From: Octopus sinensis
Taxonomy: Eukaryota
Assembly (NCBI RefSeq): GCF_006345805.1
Contig: NC_043014.1
Coordinates: 46,996,001 to 47,060,000 of the forward strand
DNA: 64,000 bases
Direction of reading: 5' to 3'
In this document: positions 57,398-64,000 of the stretch, piece after piece
Numbering within the stretch: position 1 is the stretch's first letter
How the letters are laid out: every line of letters starts with the position of its first letter
Position numbers and translations under genes: made by a program
Notes under the pieces: generated by a model
The model's database searches: none
The model's input: the letters and a program-made list of their open reading frames with translations, nothing else
What the model was told of the DNA's origin: nothing

Positions 57398-59338
57398 TCA
57401 GGGACATTTGAGGTGAAAAATGTAGGGCCACGTCACTTTGTAAGGGAAGGTTTGATGGATAGAGGAGACAGGTAACGTTAATGTCATTGAACCAATAGCA
57501 GGTGACTGCTGGTCAGTGACAACCACCATAGAGTCGTGTGATAAGGTCACATCCTGGACAGTGGACATCGACACATCAGCCGACACATCTTGTAACTGTT
57601 CAGATATTTGCACTGCGTGAGAAGCGGTTATTTCACAAGTCTCTTCAGGGTGTAATGAAATATCATGAGATAGAGTTATTTCATTTGGGGTTTGAGGTAC
57701 CACGTACATTTCTTCTAGAGAGCTTGATACAGAAGTGATGGGCACTGCTAGGGAAGATGGGTCTTCTTGTGTAACAGAAACAGTCAAAGGAGACACAGTT
57801 TGTTGTGGGATAGGCACAGTTAGGGGAGACACAACGGGCTGAGCTATGGTTACTGGTAGCTGTGAAGCAGTTAATTGTATTTCCTCGGTAGGTTTTGAAT
57901 AGAGAGACTGAGAAGCAGGTACATCTTTCAGCTTATTTTCAGCAATACTAACCGCCAGAGATGAAAGGACAGCAAGGCCTTTGTGGGTTTTTTTGTGTCT
58001 GGTAAGATCCGTTTGGGTACAGAAACACTTGTCGCAACAATCACAATGATACGGACGTTCACCAAGATGTTGTCGCCTCTTGTGGGTTTTGAGAGCTGAA
58101 GATTCACGAAATGACTTATCACAAAGGTCACACAAATAAGGCCTTTCGTTTGTGTGGATGCGCCGGTGCCGCAGAAGGCTCCCGGCAATATGAAAACTCT
58201 TTTGACAGAATTCACAGTGATGTTTTTTCTCTTTGTCGCTTCCATGTGAAGTACGCATATGGACACTTAAACTGCTCGGCTGCTTATAAGAGAGACCACA
58301 CAACTCACAAATGTAAGGTTTTTTGTCTGGGGAGTGCGTCTTTTTATGAATGGTCAGTGAACATTGGGTAGCATAGTTCTTCCCACAGACCTCACATGAA
58401 AAAGGCCGGTCCCCAGTGTGGGAACGGATGTGAATGCGAAGCTCTCCCGGACTACGGTAAGCTTTGTCACATCGGTCACATTTATGAGGCCTTAAACCGA
58501 TATGTTTTAGTTTAAAATGAACATTTAAGTGACTAGAGACAGTAAATGATTTATCACACTGGTTACATTTATACGGACGTTCCCCAGTATGGAGTCTCTC
58601 ATGGGCCACCATTGCATAATAACGACTGAAGTTCTTATCACAATAGCTACACTTATACGGCCGATCACCAGTATGGATTCTCCGATGAGTGGTCAACAGA
58701 TGCTTACGTTTAAATGTGGCATTGCAGTACTCACACTGGTGCACTTTAGCGCTGCGCTTAGCTGCTTCGTTGCAGTCCCTAGGCAGAGTTGCGACATCAC
58801 CGTTTTTTTCTTGATTCGAATCACATGTCTTAGAGACCTCAGCAACAGTTGACGTAGAGGTTGGGTCCAATACAGTTTCTTTACTGTTGTTAACAACAGT
58901 TGGTCTTTTACTGCGTTGTCCAAGAGATTTTATTTTGAAATGCAGTCGGAGGTGTTCAGAAAGGTCATCGAGTAACTCGAACCCCTTGGAGCAAAGTCCA
59001 CATTGATACTGGGTACGCAGATGTTCTTCAATATGGGAAAGCATATTGCTAGCTGTGGTGAAAGTCAGGCTACAGAAACCACATTTGTAACAAGGGACTG
59101 TCTCGTGTGTTTTCATGTGTGCATTGAACTGCACTGATTTAGCAAAGTTGCGACAACATATCGCACATTTGAAAGGCTTCTTCAGGTGTGTCCTCAGGTG
59201 TGTTGACAATAAAGATTTGTACAAAAATTCAGTGGAACAAATGTCACACGAAAAAGTATGAATTTTTTTATGCTGTGAAAGATCGGCCAAAGACGTAAAT
59301 ATTTCATTACAATATTTACACTGGAAGTTTTCAGCCAT
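57398..59338 (-). CDS. C2H2 zinc-finger protein, 646 aa, 14 fingers (5 + 9) plus S/T/V/P/Q-rich C-terminal tail
   Basis: Uninterrupted ORF with 14 C-x2-C-x12-H-x3/4-H units and TGERPY-type linkers in the second cluster; aaaATGG start context; candidate acceptor tttttctaag| 12 nt upstream of the ATG (exon from 59350). Confidence 0.93.
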   Translation of the reverse strand: MAENFQCKYCNEIFTSLADLSQHKKIHTFSCDICSTEFLYKSLLSTHLRTHLKKPFKCAICCRNFAKSVQFNAHMKTHETVPCYKCGFCSLTFTTASNMLSHIEEHLRTQYQCGLCSKGFELLDDLSEHLRLHFKIKSLGQRSKRPTVVNNSKETVLDPTSTSTVAEVSKTCDSNQEKNGDVATLPRDCNEAAKRSAKVHQCEYCNATFKRKHLLTTHRRIHTGDRPYKCSYCDKNFSRYYAMVAHERLHTGERPYKCNQCDKSFTVSSHLNVHFKLKHIGLRPHKCDRCDKAYRSPGELRIHIRSHTGDRPFSCEVCGKNYATQCSLTIHKKTHSPDKKPYICELCGLSYKQPSSLSVHMRTSHGSDKEKKHHCEFCQKSFHIAGSLLRHRRIHTNERPYLCDLCDKSFRESSALKTHKRRQHLGERPYHCDCCDKCFCTQTDLTRHKKTHKGLAVLSSLAVSIAENKLKDVPASQSLYSKPTEEIQLTASQLPVTIAQPVVSPLTVPIPQQTVSPLTVSVTQEDPSSLAVPITSVSSSLEEMYVVPQTPNEITLSHDISLHPEETCEITASHAVQISEQLQDVSADVSMSTVQDVTLSHDSMVVVTDQQSPAIGSMTLTLPVSSIHQTFPYKVTWPYIFHLKCP

Positions 59339-59883
59339 TTTGGGAAATACCTTAGAAAAATGTGCTGCTGATGTTGTTGTTGCTGTTGTTGATGATGATG
59401 ATGATGATGGAAGATAGACACACAGACAAAGAGATATGAACGTGTGAGTGCAAAGTAATTATTAAACTATTTCATAGCAGGCCTCTATGGAGAGATTTGG
59501 CTATGTTTTAATCCATGTATAAATATCCACATATCATCATCATCATCGTCAAACTGTCAGTAGATATTTCTATTAGAATCTGAAGACATGGCAGGAATGA
59601 AGCTTTACCATTACGGGTGGCAGTGCTTCAGTTGTCCAACCATGAACGTTACAATTCTTGTGAAACAGATTCAACAGTCAGGATTGATGTAACATTGAAG
59701 AATAACACCAGTTCCATTGCATAGTTCAAGTGGCCATGAGCAGTTCTATCAGGATATTCTGAAAATAAATAAATACATAAAATAAATACACAACAGAGGA
59801 ATGTGACAGGAAATGAGGGAGTGGGGGGCATCAATCAATAGGTTATTATATGAAACAGTTTTGTTTCTTTCTTTTCTTATAAA

Positions 59884-60362
59884 TCATCATCATCATCATC
59901 ATCATCGTTTAGCATCCGCTTTTCATGCTGGCATGGGTTGGACGGTTCAACCGGGGTCTGGGAAGCCAGAAGGCTGCACCAGGCCCAGTCTGATCTGGCA
60001 GTGTTTCTACAGCTGGATGCCCTTCCTAACGCCAACCCCTCCATGAGTGTAGTGGGTGCTTTTTACGTGCCACCGGCATGGGGGCCAGTCAGGCAGTACT
60101 GGCAATGACCTCGCTCGAATCTTTTTACACGTGCCACCGGCACAGGTGCCAGTGAAGCGACATTGGTAACGATCACGCTCGAATGGTGCCCTTTTACGTG
60201 CCACAGGTACGGAAGGCAGTGGCTGCTCTGGCAACGATCACGCTCGGATGGTGCTCTTGGTACCCTACTAGCACGGGCATAAGTGCCAGTAAGGCAACGC
60301 TGGTAACGATCATACTCGAATAGCCGCTCTGTCAACAATCACACTCGTATGGTGCTCTTTGC
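59884..60362 (-). mobile_element. Repeat family E with expanded internal repeats
   Basis: Homologous 3' portion plus repeated ttttacgtgccaccggcac / ggcaacgatcacgctcg units. Confidence 0.7.
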
Positions 60363-61112
60363 ACCCTTTGCACAGAAAGGATTATTATTATTATTATTAT
60401 TATTATTGTTTTACTTCTCAGAGTGCTCAGTCTTGTTTGTTCTGGTAGATTCTGTCAGAGTGGACAGCAGCCTGCTGTCAAAGGTCTCACATGGTCTCTT
60501 TCCACACAGGGCAATGGATTGCAAAATCCTTAGAGTCTTAATAGAATGCCTATTTATACTTATTTTTTTTTTGTTTGTCTTGAGTTCAGATCTCACTAAA
60601 ATTGATGATAAAATAAAAGATGACTGTTCTCTTGCTGAATAATTAACTGACCCCGCCCCCTCCTACCAAATTTCTGCTCTTTTGCCCATGTTAGAATCAA
60701 TTATAACCTCTGGAAATGCTCCTCTCTGTCTCTCCCCTACTTCCTTTCAGATTTCTTCTTATTTGGAGGCTAACATCCACTCCTATTCATTATGGATTCA
60801 CTCTAACAGACAACTGGGAGAAGCTCTACAACTGTAGAGGATTTTTTAAATTGAGTTCTTGAGTAGGGAAATTATCTCAAAGCATTTGAGACAATTTACA
60901 ATCAACACACATTTTTGATTTTCTTTTTTGTCAATCTGATCAACATTCAAGGTCAGTGGTTCTCAACCGGGCCCCATATGAGATTTTTCTACTAAAGTTT
61001 ATCTGCAATAAATCAGTTATGCATCTGCAACACACAAAATATTTTCACAACGCTGCTATACAATTCTTAATATTTAACTCTAAAAATATATTCAAGAGTA
61101 ATACAACACCTC

Positions 61113-61738
61113 ACAAATATCTCCTTCGGGTAAAACTGCCAATAGAAGAGAATATGACCAAAGACTGCATGTACTCCATCCCATGCAGATGTGGTAGGTT
61201 ATACAAAGGCGAAACATGCTGCCCCCTCAAAATAAGGGTAGAGGAACATTGCAAAGCTGTGACACAGGATGAGATATTGATAAATTGGGTATAGCTGATC
61301 ATGTATGGAAAAATGCAGACCACTGCCCCCTGTGGGATGAAGTTAAAATTATAGACAGAGAACACTACTGGAAAATACAAAAACTAAAAGAAACAGCACA
61401 TATGCTAGGACACAACAACCTCCTAAGCAGACCGAATGCAGATATGAATAGCATATGGGTACCAGTATTAAGGAAGGATAGGAAAATATTAGATTTATAA
61501 GACCTAAAAATTCACTCCATAATTGCCCATGGGCATATGGTGTAGTGGTAAAGAGCGCAGGCTACTAACCCCAAGATTCCGAATTCGATTCCAGGCAGTG
61601 ACCTGAATAATCATAATAATAACATCGAAAAATACCTTAGGAATGAGAACCAGATTCGAAATTTCGCCAAGACACCTGATGAGACAAATATCCATCAAAT
61701 GTTAATAATGTACATAATTCCTCATCTCCAAAATATAG
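61113..61738 (+). mobile_element. Penelope-like element 3' fragment: GIY-YIG endonuclease C-terminus, then pLTR with tRNA-like segment and deleted hammerhead
   Basis: MYSIPCRCGRLYKGETCCPLKIRVEEH and IADHVW...WDEVKIIDREHYWKIQKLKE...NSIWVP (stop 61500); tRNA-like A/B boxes 61531-61603; gacacCTGATGA 61671-61682 with downstream ribozyme part missing. Confidence 0.8.
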
Positions 61739-62292
61739 AACTGTATCATCTGAAAATATAATGGCTATGAGGATCCACCTGAGTACAATAGGAATCAAGG
61801 GGTCCATAGGCAAAAATTGGTAGAGAAGCACTGTTCTGCAACTGCCAAATTTTCTGATGATTAGATTGATAATTTGCCTGTGGCTTATTTAGCCCTGATG
61901 CACTCTGTATATCCATCACCCTCAGAATCTGAGCTGAGATAATGTGAGAGAATAAGGTGTTGGTACTGCAAATCTCTTGCAAAGCTTCATATACTGTCAT
62001 CAACTGAATGCAGGTCGCTATGGTTACCACAAGATAAACTTAGTGATAAAACAAATCCTAGTCGGAGTAAATAACCCTTTAATTATGGAGCCAGTGGGCA
62101 ACTATTGTCCCAGGGCAAAGGGAATTTAACTTGTTGGGTGGAGGCGATAGAAGCAGATGTTTCAAATGGGATGCCACTACAAGCAGTTATTTCCTCCATC
62201 ACATACCCTTAATATTGTAGCAGAAGTGACAAATATCCTGAACAAGGCACTGAAATACTATAACCTTTTGTTAAGTTACATTTTCCAGCCTT

Positions 62293-63012
62293 TTAACCCT
62301 TTCATTACCAACCCCGCTGAAACCGACTCTCGCTCTGAGTACAAATGTCTTGTTTCCATAAGTTTTGAATTAAAATCTTCCACCAAACCTAAGTCACAAT
62401 TTATGTTCCTAACACTAGCTGAATGATATCTAAGTTATTTTACTCAATTCTTTGTTATATTTAAAATTAATTGAAAAAAACACAGAGCATCTCAAAATAA
62501 ATATAGTAATGAAAGGGTTAAAATATATAATAGAGAAATAATTCTTAACCCTTTTAATACCAACCCGGCTGAAACCGACTCTCGCTCTGAGTACAAATGT
62601 CTTGTTTCCATAAGTTTTGAATTAAAATCTTCCACCAAACCTAAGTCACAATTTATGTTCCTAACACTAGCTGAATGATATCTAAGTTATTTTACTCAAT
62701 TCTTTGTTACATCTAAAATAATTGAAAAAAACACAGAGCATCTCAAAATAAATATAGTAATGAAAGGGTTAAAATATATAATAGAGAAACAATTCTTAAC
62801 CCTTTTAATACCAACCCAGCTGAAACCACCTCTGGCTCTGTAGTACAAATGTCTTGTTTTCATAAGTTTTGAATTAAAATCTTCCTCCAAATGTTAGTCA
62901 CAATTTATGTTCCTAACACTAGCTGAATGATAACTAAGTTATTTTACTCAATTCTTTGTTATATTTAAAGTAATTGAAAGAAACACAGAGCATCTCAAAA
63001 TGAATGCAGTAA
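62293..63012. repeat. Tandem array of a piggyBac-like MITE (~252-bp period, ~2.9 units)
   Basis: TTAA|CCCTTTCATTAC...GTAATGAAAGGG|TTAA at 62297-62517 and 62549-62768; third unit from 62800 is diverged and lacks the right TIR; 23-bp spacer repeated. Confidence 0.8.
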
Positions 63013-63166
63013 CAAAATAAATACAGTAAGCCATTCTGAGGAGCTGAAACACTGACAAGAAAGTTTTGACTTAACATCCAAACTTAGAAAAATATCAGTA
63101 ATGTCCATGTGGGGTGTTTGGTTATTTCAGTACCTCAGGTACAATGTATAACTGAGGGAGTGTGTA

Positions 63167-63591
63167 CACTCTTTTACTCTTTTACTTGTTTCAGTCATTT
63201 GACTGCGGCCATGTTGGAGCACCGCCTTTAGTCGAGCAAATCGACCCCGGGACTTATTCTTTTGTAAACCCAGTACTTATTCTATCGGTCTCTTTTGCCG
63301 AACCGCTAAGTTACGGGGACGTAAACACACCAGCATCGGTTGTCAAGCAATGCTAGGGGGACAAACACAAACACACACACACATACACATACATATACAT
63401 ACATATATATATACATATATACGACGGGTTTCTTTTCAGTTTCCGTCTACCAAATCCACTCACAAGGCTTTGGTCAGCCCGAGTCAGCTATAGTAGAAGA
63501 CACTTGCCCAAGGTGCCACGCAGTGGGACTGAACCTGGAACCATGTGGTTGGTAAACAAGCTACTTACCACACAGCCACTCCTGCACCTAT
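63167..63591 (-). mobile_element. SINE family A
   Basis: Full-length copy. Confidence 0.85.
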
Positions 63592-64000
63592 GTATGTATT
63601 TTGTTTATTTATTTACTGATTTCTTTTTCTGCCTGTTTTTACTCCTCTTTTTAACCATTTTCTTACTATTTACCTTAATAAATTATACTGTTTTTCACAA
63701 GACATATTTATTTATCGATTTATTATTATTATTACAGTATGTCTTCTCTATATGTTACTGATTTTCTTCTAAGTTTCTTGATAACATTCACTTTAAAATA
63801 TCGTCTTGTCGAGCAAGTCGATATTTTGGCCGACCCAAATCTCCCAAAATGTTTATAGATACCACAGGTAAGTAGAAGCAGTACTGTCAAATACGTGAGT
63901 TTTATCAATGGGCATTCTTTCGATATAACTCGATTTAAATCAAAACATTTCACTTGGGGTATTTCCATGGGTTGTGGAGTATAGATATAACGGCAACCTT

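Noticed and set aside
57538-58852. Plus-strand ORFs antisense to the ZNF and minus-strand ORFs antisense to the LINEs
   Set aside because: Shadow frames of real coding sequence; no motifs.
59194-59421. Poly-H/poly-Q ORF as an N-terminal extension of the ZNF
   Set aside because: Different frame from the ZNF ORF and lies upstream of a candidate splice acceptor; derives from a (CAT)/(CAA) microsatellite.

Overview
AT-rich, microsatellite- and transposon-dense eukaryotic DNA. The repeat families and gene content fit an octopus or other coleoid cephalopod (inference, not a database result). Left part: the last seven coding exons (3094-16425, +) of a voltage-gated channel of the Nav2 (DSC1/BSC1-like) family, with Glu rather than Lys at the DIII filter position and an MFL motif in the III-IV linker. 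Right part: a convergent single-coding-exon C2H2 zinc-finger gene with 14 fingers (57398-59338, -). The ~41 kb between them holds tRNA-derived SINEs, MITEs, and CR1-, RTE-, Penelope- and Helitron-like fragments. The main hunt result is at 40271-51720. A highly structured 363-bp tandem repeat carries a type I hammerhead ribozyme motif with the compensatory U3-A8 core variant (retrozyme/Penelope pLTR-like). Two full-length Tx1-clade L1 elements (~5.35 kb each) sit head-to-tail at one identical 17-bp site on the 5' side of the ribozyme's stem I. The duplicated site rebuilds the hammerhead core and most of stem I just downstream of the poly(A)-less LINE end. All structures were paired by eye; no folding, alignment or database search was run.
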